DNA from: Chloroflexota bacterium
GTDB lineage: Bacteria; Chloroflexota; Dehalococcoidia; Lucifugimonadales; GCA-002723415
Assembly: GCA_002721445.1 (NCBI GenBank)
Contig: PBKN01000009.1
Location: forward strand, 16,242-80,241
DNA: 64,000 nucleotides
Reading direction: 5' to 3'
The first letter of the stretch is position 1. Every line of letters begins with the position of its first letter. The notes beneath the pieces are model-generated. The model did not search any database. It was given only the letters and a program-made list of their open reading frames with translations, and was not told the DNA's origin. A program made the translations under genes and the position numbers. Shown piece after piece: positions 19,358-29,046 of this stretch.

Positions 19358-19418
19358 ATTTAACCAGCAATACAAATATTTAGCCCAAAGAGCGGAGGTC
19401 TAAATTGAAAAGACGAGA

Positions 19419-22337
19419 TTGTCTTTGAACGCAATATGGCAACGTTGGATGCTTAAACCTTCATGGCTGCTCCAAGTAGTATTTTCGGTTTTTCTATTTT
19501 TTGATGCCTATTTTGGGTTAATCCATAACAAAGGAATAATTACCTCATTAGGTTTATTAACAGGCGAAATAAAGTGGCTAACATTATTCGTCGAAATGAT
19601 GGCAGGCATCCTTCTCCTAGTCAGAATAATACTTAACCAGATAGATATTAGGTGGAAAAGTACAGTAATCATATTTACACCTATTATAGTGACTTTGGTT
19701 GGGTTTGTTGTTCTTGATTTCTTACTAACTGGATTGGGTAGATCAGCCACATTGAATTTCAACTTATCTTCGCTAGGATCAAGTGGTCTCTACTGGTCTG
19801 CAGTTTATATCAGCATAGCAATAGGCTTGACAATCACTTATAAGGTTCAACGTTTCGCTAATTTCGCACAGGCAGAAATGATGCTCTTTGGAGCTTACGT
19901 GGCTTTAACTTTAATGTGGTCCGATAGGTTTTTCCCGATTTCAAATGCACCTAAGGACGGATCTCTCAATTGGGAGTTGATAATTTGGTCTGGAATCAGC
20001 GCATTTATTATAACTGGTATTATTGGTTTAATTATAGATAAAGTAGTTTATAAGCGATTTAGAAACAAAATGGCTACTCCACAAGTAATGATGATCGCTT
20101 CTCTCGGAGTATCAATGGTACTTCGTGCCATACTTTATATGCGTTTTAGTGCGAGTACTCACCGTTTCATACCAGATCGAGATTGGAGGCTTAGCACAGC
20201 TACGTTTGAAATTCCTACTAAGCAATTACAACTCCACCTAGGAGATCGTATTAATGCTCCTTTAGTAGATATCGTTGGAAACGTTAATTCATATGGATTC
20301 GCCTACTCGAAGGTAGCCCTTGTAGTAGGTATATTCGGTGCAATCATTCTCTTGTTATTTATCTTACATCGCACTAGCCTTGGAAGACAAATGCGTGCAG
20401 TGGCTGACAACTCGGATCTCGCTGCATCCAGCGGAATTCACGTCGAACGTGTGCACGGGAGCACCGCCTTCCTTTCATCTGGAATTTCTGGTCTTGGCGG
20501 TGCATTACTAGCAGCGATATTACCAATCAACCCTGAACTAGGCCTGACATTGCTATTACCTGCGTTTGCAATCATCGTTCTGGGTACTATTGGTTCCATC
20601 CCGGGTGTAATCATTGGATCATTAATAATCGGATTATTGAGAGCTACCTCAGAGCCTGTGTTAATTGGTGCTGGAAACGCATTAGATCGTCCAACTGCTA
20701 CTGGTTTTGCAGAAGTTATGCCTTTCATCTTCCTTATCGGATTACTTCTATTAGCACCTCGGGGTATAGGCTCAGCGATTCAAGATTGGAATATTAAACG
20801 GATTCGAAAGAAGCGTCTGTCACAACAAAATAAAAAATCTCCTAATCCTCAATTGAATAAGGTCTTTATTCTACTAAACCCTCTATCAGATACCTTATCT
20901 CAAGCTATAATTTATATTTACCAAGTCAAACAAGTGATTAATATACTAATGGAATTAATAAAAAAGACTATAAAAACTTATAGTGGATTACTGAAAAAAT
21001 GTACACTTAAACTATTAGCAAAGATAAAATTCACTGGACCTAGCAGAACAGATATTCTATCAGGATTACGTATCAAGCCGAGTAATTGGGTACGGATTAA
21101 AAGGGAAACAGAACGTGGTTCATGGATAACATTCGCTATTCTTTTTCTATTGCTAGCCTGTATTGTTTGGATACTCCCAAGTGTTACCACTCTTACAAAG
21201 GTGTTACAAGTCGCTCGTATCATTACGCTTGTAAGTATTTTTAGCTTGGCTTGTTTCTCTCTCAATTTGCATACAGGTTTGACTGGTATGACTAATTTTG
21301 GAGTTATTTTCTTTGTTGGCATTGGAGCAGTGGTTGTGGGTTTACTTTCAGCTCCAGTTGCAACAAATGGCTATGGGTGGAATCCATTTATGGCTACAAT
21401 CGTTGCCGTCATAATATCAGCTACAATTGGATGGTTACTTGCATATCCTACTGCTAGACTCAGGATGGATTACTTTGCCATAGTCACAATTGCTCTTGGC
21501 GAAGTACTAAGAATTTCTCTTCAAGCAGAACCTTTACTTCGTGCTGGTACTACTACATCAGCTATGGGTATTTCACAATTTTCTCGTCCACTCGAAAGTT
21601 GGTGGGAAAATGGACCATCTGAAATGGTGGGGAATTTACTTGGGCTAAATATCTCAGCACCATATGTAGTATTCCTGTCTATCATATCAGCATTATCAGT
21701 AATTGTCGTCTGGTTCATACTTAACACTGTCCTTCTATCTCCCTGGGGAAGGATTCTCCGTTCGATAAGGGATGATGAAATAGTAAGCCAGCATCACGGA
21801 CACAACATTCTTATTCACAAGGCAGCTAGCCTCGCCTTGGGTGCTGCTATAGCCGCCCTGGCTGGCGCGCTTTGGGCTTGGTTAAATACTAATGTATGGC
21901 CAGATTTCATGAATCCAGTTCGTACTACATTTCTAATATGGGCAGCTTTTATAGTTGGAGGTCGTGGTAATAACAGAGGAATGATTATTGGAGCATTTCT
22001 GATAGTTATAGTCGAATTTATATTCAACGTAATGGTTGTATCTAGAGGTAGTGCCAGCTTACCATTTCATAATATGACTTCATATCTAGATAATGTGTTT
22101 TCTTGGTTAATATTAAATGTTGGAGGAATTATATGGTCAGATCGATCAATTACTGAGATTTTCCCTAAAGGGGATATTATCTTATCTTTACCTCATCTAA
22201 AATTGGCACTAATTGGAGTTGTAATTGTAGGCACATTACTTACATCTTCTAAAGGTTTATTACCTGAAGTTCCTAGCCGACCAAAAAGACCTTCCAATTC
22301 ACACTCAAATTTGGATAAAGAAGGGAGTTCAAAATAA
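19419..22337 (+). CDS. fused LivH-LivM type ABC permease (972 aa)
   Basis: The N-terminal half has LivH-like helices (…GLTITYKV..FANFAQAEMM…) and the C-terminal half is LivM-like (…HTGLTGMTNFG…). They are joined by a K-rich linker of about 110 aa. The TTG start is uncertain. Confidence 0.75.
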   Translation: MSLNAIWQRWMLKPSWLLQVVFSVFLFFDAYFGLIHNKGIITSLGLLTGEIKWLTLFVEMMAGILLLVRIILNQIDIRWKSTVIIFTPIIVTLVGFVVLDFLLTGLGRSATLNFNLSSLGSSGLYWSAVYISIAIGLTITYKVQRFANFAQAEMMLFGAYVALTLMWSDRFFPISNAPKDGSLNWELIIWSGISAFIITGIIGLIIDKVVYKRFRNKMATPQVMMIASLGVSMVLRAILYMRFSASTHRFIPDRDWRLSTATFEIPTKQLQLHLGDRINAPLVDIVGNVNSYGFAYSKVALVVGIFGAIILLLFILHRTSLGRQMRAVADNSDLAASSGIHVERVHGSTAFLSSGISGLGGALLAAILPINPELGLTLLLPAFAIIVLGTIGSIPGVIIGSLIIGLLRATSEPVLIGAGNALDRPTATGFAEVMPFIFLIGLLLLAPRGIGSAIQDWNIKRIRKKRLSQQNKKSPNPQLNKVFILLNPLSDTLSQAIIYIYQVKQVINILMELIKKTIKTYSGLLKKCTLKLLAKIKFTGPSRTDILSGLRIKPSNWVRIKRETERGSWITFAILFLLLACIVWILPSVTTLTKVLQVARIITLVSIFSLACFSLNLHTGLTGMTNFGVIFFVGIGAVVVGLLSAPVATNGYGWNPFMATIVAVIISATIGWLLAYPTARLRMDYFAIVTIALGEVLRISLQAEPLLRAGTTTSAMGISQFSRPLESWWENGPSEMVGNLLGLNISAPYVVFLSIISALSVIVVWFILNTVLLSPWGRILRSIRDDEIVSQHHGHNILIHKAASLALGAAIAALAGALWAWLNTNVWPDFMNPVRTTFLIWAAFIVGGRGNNRGMIIGAFLIVIVEFIFNVMVVSRGSASLPFHNMTSYLDNVFSWLILNVGGIIWSDRSITEIFPKGDIILSLPHLKLALIGVVIVGTLLTSSKGLLPEVPSRPKRPSNSHSNLDKEGSSK

Positions 22338-22339
22338 TT

Positions 22340-23122
22340 ATGATAGTACCTGCACTTCAGATATCAAACCTTTCAAAGGATTTTGGTGGTCTAAGAGCAG
22401 TAGACCAAGTTTCGTTTCATGTTGAAAAAGGAGAACTTGTTGGATTGATTGGACCTAACGGATGCGGAAAAACCACTACATTTAATTGTATTTCCGGAAT
22501 GTTGGAGATGAGTTCTGGCAAAGTAGAAGTACTTGGCCAAGATGCAACGGGCATGCGACCGGACCAGATTCAAAGTCTAGGCTTAACAAGAACATTTCAA
22601 CACACATGGTTATGGCGAGATATGACTGTGATCGAGAACCTTCTTGTTCCTCCACGCAAGCAATTCGCACCCAATACTTTACTTTCTTTGCTGCGTCCTA
22701 ATTCACGAAAAGATGAAAAACAGCGTTTAATAGATGCTTACGCTGTTCTGGATTTACTTGAGATATCTCATATAGCACACAATCTTGCAAGTGAATTATC
22801 AGGTGGACAAAGTAAACTCGTCGACATTGGCCGTGCTCTTATGAGCTCACCCCAGTTTTTGTTACTTGACGAACCGGTTGCTGGAGTTGCCGGTCCTCTT
22901 GCAGAGAGAATTTTCCATAACCTTCTATCCTTAACTTCTGACAAAAATATAGGAATGTTGGTTATCGAACACAACATGGACTTTATACTTCGAAGTGATG
23001 TTGACAGAATTATTGTCATGGATTCAGGTCAAATCTTAATGGAAGGTACACCGGAAGAAATCAAAAATAGCCAAGATGTTGTTGAAGCATATCTCGGTAA
23101 TCCAGGAGAAACTCAAAAATGA
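22340..23122 (+). CDS. ABC transporter ATP-binding protein, LivG-like
   Basis: GPNGCGKTT Walker A, LSGGQSK, LLLDEP. The TGA stop overlaps the next start (ATGA). Confidence 0.85.
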   Translation: MIVPALQISNLSKDFGGLRAVDQVSFHVEKGELVGLIGPNGCGKTTTFNCISGMLEMSSGKVEVLGQDATGMRPDQIQSLGLTRTFQHTWLWRDMTVIENLLVPPRKQFAPNTLLSLLRPNSRKDEKQRLIDAYAVLDLLEISHIAHNLASELSGGQSKLVDIGRALMSSPQFLLLDEPVAGVAGPLAERIFHNLLSLTSDKNIGMLVIEHNMDFILRSDVDRIIVMDSGQILMEGTPEEIKNSQDVVEAYLGNPGETQK

Positions 23123-23832
23123 ATAAAATCCTAGAAGTTAAAGCCCTAGAAGGAGGTTACACAAATGTGCAAATCTTAAATGGAATTGATTTATATGTTA
23201 ACAAAGGAGAATTCGTCACTATAATAGGGCCAAATGGATGCGGTAAATCTACATTCTTAAAGGTACTTTTTGGGCTAGCCACACACCACAAGGGTACGGT
23301 TTTGTACAATAATTCAGATGTGTCTGGATGGAGAACTGATCGGCTGGTAGATCAAGGGATCTCATACGTTCCCCAGGTTGATAATGTGTTTCCTTCTTTG
23401 TCAGTTCGAGAGAATTTGCAAATGGGAGGAATTAGACTGAACTCCAAGAAACTTAAGAATTCTATAGAACGAGCTTGCAACATGTTTCCAGATTTGCAGG
23501 AACGAATGAATGATCTTGCAGCCTCTCTATCCGGAGGTGAGAGACAGATGTTGGCAATATCAAGAGCTCTTATATCAGAACCTTCCTTCCTGCTTTTAGA
23601 CGAACCAACTGCAGCGCTATCGCCCAAATACCAACAGGAAATTATCGCAAATATCGATGAACTGCGAATGGAAGGAATTTCAGTACTTCTAGTAGAACAA
23701 AATGCAAGACTATCTCTTGAAAGATCGAATCGCGGATATATATTTTCTTCAGGAAAAGTAATCCATACAAGCAGTGCTAAAAATATTCTCAATGATCCAA
23801 ATATCGGAGACTATTTTCTAGGATTGAAGTAG
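23119..23832 (+). CDS. ABC transporter ATP-binding protein, LivF-like
   Basis: GPNGCGKST, LSGGERQML, LLLDEPT, LVEQN. Confidence 0.85.
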   Translation: MNKILEVKALEGGYTNVQILNGIDLYVNKGEFVTIIGPNGCGKSTFLKVLFGLATHHKGTVLYNNSDVSGWRTDRLVDQGISYVPQVDNVFPSLSVRENLQMGGIRLNSKKLKNSIERACNMFPDLQERMNDLAASLSGGERQMLAISRALISEPSFLLLDEPTAALSPKYQQEIIANIDELRMEGISVLLVEQNARLSLERSNRGYIFSSGKVIHTSSAKNILNDPNIGDYFLGLK

Positions 23833-23963
23833 AAGTAATGTAATTTCTTTTTGAAGAAGTACTTTGAATATGATCCAGACACATAGGTATTAAACGTACT
23901 TTTTAATCACTTTTTCATAGTCAATATTAAAAAAATTATTTAATAAATATTATCACTATAAAT

Positions 23964-24617
23964 TCACAACAACACAAAACCAACCCAATCGTGCATCATT
24001 TTAATGAATAAGTAAACAGCTACAAAAATAAGAAAAATCCCACTAACTCTACTGGCAACTTTTACTTTATTTTGGAAAATCTTAACAATATTAGATCCAG
24101 TTAGTACTAAAGCTACTAATATGTACCAACAAGCATCAATTACGGCAGCAGTAACACCCATTAAGGTCGTTTCTGTCCAACTCGAATCTGGCTGGACTAA
24201 ATGACTAAATATTGCTAGAAAGAATAAAGCAATTTTCGGGTTAAGAATAGATATTAAAAATCCTTCACTCGCTCCTCTCAGCAGAGTTCTAGAGCTAGTC
24301 GACTTTATATCATTTTCTTGAATTGAAACTTCGTTGTAATTAAATATTGTACGAAAACCTATATATGCAATAAGGCATGCTCCAACAATTTGCATAGTTA
24401 CTAATATACCTGATGCATTAACTAATAATCCTGTTATGCCTACAGCAGTCAAAAATGCCCAAATACCTATACCTATACCATGTGCAAGACTTGTAATAAT
24501 ACCGTAAGTTCTTCCTCCAGCAAAAGTATTTGTAACTACTAAAGCCAGGCTAGGCCCTGGGGATATTGCACCTAAAAAACAAATAGCAACAAGTTGAAGC
24601 CAAATCTCAATGTTCAT
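23964..24617 (-). CDS. LysE/RhtB family amino-acid exporter
   Basis: 217 aa, six TM helices. N-terminal ..GAISPGPS.. motif typical of LysE/RhtB. Confidence 0.75.
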   Translation of the reverse strand: MNIEIWLQLVAICFLGAISPGPSLALVVTNTFAGGRTYGIITSLAHGIGIGIWAFLTAVGITGLLVNASGILVTMQIVGACLIAYIGFRTIFNYNEVSIQENDIKSTSSRTLLRGASEGFLISILNPKIALFFLAIFSHLVQPDSSWTETTLMGVTAAVIDACWYILVALVLTGSNIVKIFQNKVKVASRVSGIFLIFVAVYLFIKMMHDWVGFVLL

Positions 24618-24790
24618 AAATTATAGTCCTATAATTTTTTGATATTATACAATCTCATTTGTTTTGAAACTAGAGTAAGTTCTAAACCAAATGTGTTACA
24701 CTTTTGAAAAGTCTGGTAGATTAAATTAATAACAACAAATATTGATAGACTAAATACAATAACTAACCCGATATTATAAGGAGTATTGAA

Positions 24791-25681
24791 TTGGATAATT
24801 TACGTGGAATATTTCCAGCCACTGTTAGCACTTTTGATATGGATGGTAGATTCGACGCAGTATCAATGCGTCAAATAGTTAGACACCAAATAGACGCTGG
24901 AGTCCATGGACTATATGTCTGTGGAGGTACTGGTGAAGGACTATTGATGAATTCTAAAGAACGACAAGATTTACTAGAAACTGTATTAGATGAAACACGT
25001 GGTGATGTAACTGTAATAGCACATGTGGGTGCATTTCAAATACCTGAAACGATTACATTGGCTAAGCATGCAAGCGAAATTGGAGTTGATGCAATTTCTG
25101 CTTTACCTCCATCTTATTTTTACAAACCCGATGAAATATCCCAAGTAAATTATTACAAATCTATAGCACAAGTTTCTGAAGTTCCCTTGTTAATCTACAA
25201 TATACCTCAAAGAACTGGTATTGCAATGACCGAATCACTTTATGAAGAACTTATACAAACCGATAATATTATCGGTATGAAAGATTCGAGTGGAGATATT
25301 TATACACTAGGTCACTTGGCTAGTAAATGGAAAGAATCCGTGATTTTTGAAGGAGAAGATTCCCTTTTATTGCCCAGCCTACTTGCAGGAGCAATTGGAG
25401 GTATAGGAGCGAGCTACAACATTATGCCCGAACTTTTCGTACAACTGTGGGAAGCTTACCAAGGAAACAATATTGATAAAGCAGCTAAGCTTCAAGCTAG
25501 AATAAATGAAATCATACGAGCACTTTTGAATTCGCCGGATCTTATTGGTGGTATAAAAGAGATATTAGCTTGGATGAACCTAGAATGTGGTCCTCCACTA
25601 GCCCCCAATCGAAAATTGAATTCTGATGAATCCGCAAAACTTCGTCAAACTTTTGACAACATAGGCTTTTTCGAAAAATAA
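24791..25681 (+). CDS. DapA/N-acetylneuraminate-lyase family class I aldolase
   Basis: GGTGEG, IYNIP, Schiff-base Lys context IIGMKDSSGD. TTG start has AAGGAG 7 nt upstream. Confidence 0.75.
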   Translation: MDNLRGIFPATVSTFDMDGRFDAVSMRQIVRHQIDAGVHGLYVCGGTGEGLLMNSKERQDLLETVLDETRGDVTVIAHVGAFQIPETITLAKHASEIGVDAISALPPSYFYKPDEISQVNYYKSIAQVSEVPLLIYNIPQRTGIAMTESLYEELIQTDNIIGMKDSSGDIYTLGHLASKWKESVIFEGEDSLLLPSLLAGAIGGIGASYNIMPELFVQLWEAYQGNNIDKAAKLQARINEIIRALLNSPDLIGGIKEILAWMNLECGPPLAPNRKLNSDESAKLRQTFDNIGFFEK

Positions 25682-25765
25682 ATTAGAAACTCATTCATTT
25701 AACCATATAAGGTTATGATTAAAAAGGATCTGCTAACTAAATACCTGTTGTTAAATAAATGTTAG

Positions 25766-25841
25766 TGGTGACCCGCCTCGGACTTGAACCGAGAACCTAT
25801 TGATTAAGAGTCAATTGCTCTGCCAATTGAGCTAGCGGGCC
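25766..25841 (-). tRNA. tRNA-Lys (anticodon CTT), CCA encoded
   Basis: Hand-folded cloverleaf. Acceptor GGCCCGC/GCGGGTC (one G-U). D stem GCTC/GAGC. Anticodon stem ATTGA/TCAAT with loop CTCTTAA. T stem CTCGG/CCGAG with loop TTCAAGT. 3' ACCA. Confidence 0.9.
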
Positions 25842-26051
25842 AAATAAAAATATAACCTTACAGTTATTAATTATATATTTATTATTAATAAATTTAAATC
25901 ACAATCTTGCAGCTTTTTTCGTTGACGATTATAAATCCCTATGCTACCATCAAAATTAATGATATTTAAATTAAATATATATGATTTTTTCAATATTTTA
26001 TCATTAATTTTAAGAGTTATAATCAAATAAAACTAACTTGAATATAATAAT

Positions 26052-26990
26052 TTGACTAATTCAACCCACACTAATGATAATAATAAAAATAACCTTTTAA
26101 AGTTTATTTCGTTCACTACTGTTTTATCTGCATTAATTCAAATTACATTAGGTGGAATAGTTAGAGTTACTGAGTCTGGTTTAGGTTGCCCAGATTGGCC
26201 ACTTTGTTTTGATCAAATAGTACCTTCCTTTACAGATACAGAAACTGCAACAGCTACTGAAACAGTGATAGAATATTCACATAGAGTAAGTGGTGCAATA
26301 TTAATTTTATTAGTTTTATCTACTACAATTATTTCATGGAAAAAAATAAATAAATTTAACACAACTAAAATTTTTGCAATTTTTACTTTAATACTAGTAC
26401 TTATTACTGGTGCATTCGGTGGAGTAACTGTAATTACAGAACTACCTTGGTGGAGCGTATTGATACATTTATCTCTTGCAGAATTCACTCTGGCTTCATC
26501 GTTAGTAGTATGGATTTCTACTTGGGATTCTTTAAAAAGTATAAATTATACTCCTGACATGAATTTTGAAAAACTTACAATACTTTCATTATTTGGTTTA
26601 TTAATATTAATAATGTCAGGATCCTTTATGGTAGGACTTGGATATGGTTCATCTTGTTCATCATGGCCATTTTGCGGAAATGAATTAATCCCAACACAAA
26701 AACCTTATTTAATTAATATGCTTCATAGATTAATATCATTATTTATTGGTATTCTAATAATATATACCGTTATTAAGGGCTTAAAAATTTATAAACACAA
26801 TATCTTATCAAAATTAAATATGGCACTAATTCACTCATTTATAATTCAAATACTATTCGGAGCACTAATTGTATGGCTTGATTTTCATCCACATATAAAA
26901 TTAACTCATTATATTTTTGCTACAATTGTCTGGGCTTTATTAGTAATGATAATAACTATTACAAATATAAAAAAACATCAACTAAAATAA
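26052..26990 (+). CDS. ctaA: heme A synthase (COX15/CtaA)
   Basis: GLGCPDWPLC and a second Cys pair SSCSSWPFCG. Eight TM helices with conserved His. TTG start. Confidence 0.8.
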   Translation: MTNSTHTNDNNKNNLLKFISFTTVLSALIQITLGGIVRVTESGLGCPDWPLCFDQIVPSFTDTETATATETVIEYSHRVSGAILILLVLSTTIISWKKINKFNTTKIFAIFTLILVLITGAFGGVTVITELPWWSVLIHLSLAEFTLASSLVVWISTWDSLKSINYTPDMNFEKLTILSLFGLLILIMSGSFMVGLGYGSSCSSWPFCGNELIPTQKPYLINMLHRLISLFIGILIIYTVIKGLKIYKHNILSKLNMALIHSFIIQILFGALIVWLDFHPHIKLTHYIFATIVWALLVMIITITNIKKHQLK

Positions 26991-26994
26991 TCTA

Positions 26995-27870
26995 ATGCTA
27001 CTAATTAAAACTATTGCCCTATTTCAAAATTATATTAAATTAACAAAACCTAGAATAATTCCTCTTCTACTAATTACAGCAATAGGAGGCATGTTACTTG
27101 GCGCGAAAGAAATACCTAATATTACAACTATATTGACTGTTTTAATAGGAGGATCATTAGCATCCGGTGGAGCGAGTTCTATAAATCAATACCTTGAACA
27201 TGATATTGATACTAAAATGAGTCGAACTAATGACAGGCCAATAGCTACAGGCACAATCAAGCCAATTAATGCTCTAATTTTTGGAATAGTATTAAATATA
27301 ATATCTTTATTTGTATTTATAATATATACAAACCTATTAAGCGGCTTTCTTGCAATAGGTGCTACTATTTTTTATGTTGTTATTTACACAATTATTTTAA
27401 AAAGGTCAACACATCAAAATATTGTTATAGGCGGGGCTGCAGGAGCTATACCTCCAATAATTGGATGGACTGCAGTTACAGGTTCCATAGGAATTCCAGC
27501 CTTAATATTATTTGCAATTATATTTATATGGACTCCCCCACATTTTTGGGCCTTATCATTGATATTAAAAGATGACTATGCTGCAGCTAAAATACCTATG
27601 CTTCCTGTAGTTCATGGAATTGAAAAAACAAAAAAAGAAATTTTTAAATATAGTATTCTCGTTTTTATTACAACTTTAACTTTAATTTTTGCAGAAAATA
27701 TAGGTATGATTTATATGATTCCTACTTTTGTATTAGGATTGTTTTTTATATATCTATCCTGGGACTTATTAAAAAGTGAAGAAATTAAAAAAGCAAAAAG
27801 CTTGTTTTATTATTCAATGTTATATTTATCAATCATTTTTATTGCTATCATGATTGATTCCTTAATTTAA
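26995..27870 (+). CDS. ctaB: protoheme IX farnesyltransferase (heme O synthase)
   Basis: UbiA-family motif NQYLEHDIDTKMSRTNDRP. Polytopic. Confidence 0.85.
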   Translation: MLLIKTIALFQNYIKLTKPRIIPLLLITAIGGMLLGAKEIPNITTILTVLIGGSLASGGASSINQYLEHDIDTKMSRTNDRPIATGTIKPINALIFGIVLNIISLFVFIIYTNLLSGFLAIGATIFYVVIYTIILKRSTHQNIVIGGAAGAIPPIIGWTAVTGSIGIPALILFAIIFIWTPPHFWALSLILKDDYAAAKIPMLPVVHGIEKTKKEIFKYSILVFITTLTLIFAENIGMIYMIPTFVLGLFFIYLSWDLLKSEEIKKAKSLFYYSMLYLSIIFIAIMIDSLI

Positions 27871-27944
27871 TTATCTTAATTTTTAAAAGAATATATAAAA
27901 TTTACACTTGAACAAATACATATATATTTGATATATTTTAATAT

Positions 27945-29027
27945 ATGTTCAGTTTATACAAAAAAATATTATTTATTACTAAGTCAGCAAAAAATATATT
28001 TTTGGCACTGCCATTATTATTATTACTTTTAACATTAGGTTGTTCTTCAAAAGATCCTCAATCAACATTCGATACTCTTGGTCCTGTATCTGAATTACAA
28101 TTGGAATTATTTTATATATTGTTTTGGGTTGGTTTAGTAGTCTTTATCTTAGTTGCAGTTGCAGTTTTTTACATAATATTAAAATATCGTGCTAAACCTG
28201 ATGATTCAATACCAGAACAAATACATGGAAATACTAAATTAGAAATTATTTGGACTGTCATACCAATATTACTAATAATTGGTATTGCAATACCTTCAGT
28301 ACAAGCAATCTTTGCTAGTTCAAAGCCAGATTCCAAATATACTAATAATAACTTAACAATAGATGCTGTAGGGAAACAATGGTGGTTTGAATTTGAATAC
28401 CCTGAATATGGATTAATTACGGCCAATGAAGTTCATATACCTGTAGGTGAAGCTGTAACTATTAAACTTCACTCACAAGATGTACTGCATAGTTTCTGGG
28501 TGCCTAAATTAGCTGGAAAAGTTGATATGGTGCCTAATAACGACAATCACCTTTGGCTACAAGCTGACGAACCTGGAATATACTATGGACATTGTGCAGA
28601 GTTTTGCGGACAAGCACATGCCTTAATGAGATTTAAACTAATTGCTGAAACTAGAGAGGAATTTGAAGCTTGGATTAGTCATCAAAAAACAAATGCGTGG
28701 ACTTCTAGTGATCCTTTAGCTCAAGAAGGTATGGAAATATTTATGTCCAGAGATGCAGGCTGCTATGCTTGTCATACAATTCAAGGCACTGATAAAGCAA
28801 AAGGCAACCAAGGGCCTAATCTAACACATTTTGCTAGTAGAACTCATTTTGCTGCTGGTATTTTAGAAAACAATCAAGAAAATCTAAGAAAATGGCTAAA
28901 AGAACCTGATAAAGTTAAACCTGGAAACTTAATGGCTAAAAATGCTGCAGTATATAACGGAACATCAGATTCATTAACTGAACAAGAAATTTCCGCACTT
29001 GTAGCATTTTTAAGAAGCTTACAATAA
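27945..29027 (+). CDS. ctaC: cytochrome c oxidase subunit II with C-terminal cytochrome c domain (caa3 type)
   Basis: Lipoprotein signal LLLLTLGCSS, CuA site HCAEFCGQAHALM, CYACH heme-c motif. Confidence 0.85.
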   Translation: MFSLYKKILFITKSAKNIFLALPLLLLLLTLGCSSKDPQSTFDTLGPVSELQLELFYILFWVGLVVFILVAVAVFYIILKYRAKPDDSIPEQIHGNTKLEIIWTVIPILLIIGIAIPSVQAIFASSKPDSKYTNNNLTIDAVGKQWWFEFEYPEYGLITANEVHIPVGEAVTIKLHSQDVLHSFWVPKLAGKVDMVPNNDNHLWLQADEPGIYYGHCAEFCGQAHALMRFKLIAETREEFEAWISHQKTNAWTSSDPLAQEGMEIFMSRDAGCYACHTIQGTDKAKGNQGPNLTHFASRTHFAAGILENNQENLRKWLKEPDKVKPGNLMAKNAAVYNGTSDSLTEQEISALVAFLRSLQ

Positions 29028-29046
29028 AAAGCTAACAGGAGTACAT

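Larger units (their letters stand above)
18060..25700. other. compositionally atypical (GC-rich) segment, candidate horizontally acquired island next to tRNA-Lys
   Basis: Hand counts of G+C per 60-nt line: 18421-18480 is 32/60 and 21841-21900 is 33/60. Flanks are lower: 16621-16680 is 13/60 and 26101-26160 is 17/60. The many long antisense ORFs here are a GC symptom. No integrase or att repeat was found. Confidence 0.55.

Noticed and set aside
18534-23792. Eleven ORFs inside the ABC-transporter genes: ten antisense and one alternative-frame sense (22486..22701). They are 18534..18764, 19508..19762, 20438..20728, 20978..21322, 21521..21727, 21815..22027, 22391..22573, 22482..22670, 22486..22701, 22768..23019 and 23352..23792.
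   Set aside because: All are nested within strongly motif-supported genes. Their translations are low-complexity with no recognisable motifs. Their abundance is the expected by-product of higher GC, which gives fewer random stops.
19353-25704. A 13-nt exact repeat, ATTCATTTAACCA, at about 19354 and about 25692, considered as possible att-like direct repeats for the GC-rich segment.
   Set aside because: The first copy lies inside the segment, after the SBP gene, not at its boundary. It is short and AT-rich, so chance is likely. It has no similarity to the tRNA-Lys 3' end.
25922-25950. A sigma70-like promoter, TTGACG-17 nt-TACCAT, upstream of ctaA.
   Set aside because: The spacing is right, but -10-like hexamers are ubiquitous in DNA this AT-rich and the -10 is weak. 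It is not supportable without transcript data.
25941-26030. A 29-aa ORF (MLPSKLMIFKLNIYDFFNILSLILRVIIK) between tRNA-Lys and ctaA, and a 24-aa ORF at about 46391..46465 upstream of eno.
   Set aside because: Neither has an SD or a motif. Their composition matches translated AT-rich intergenic DNA. They are too short to distinguish from chance.
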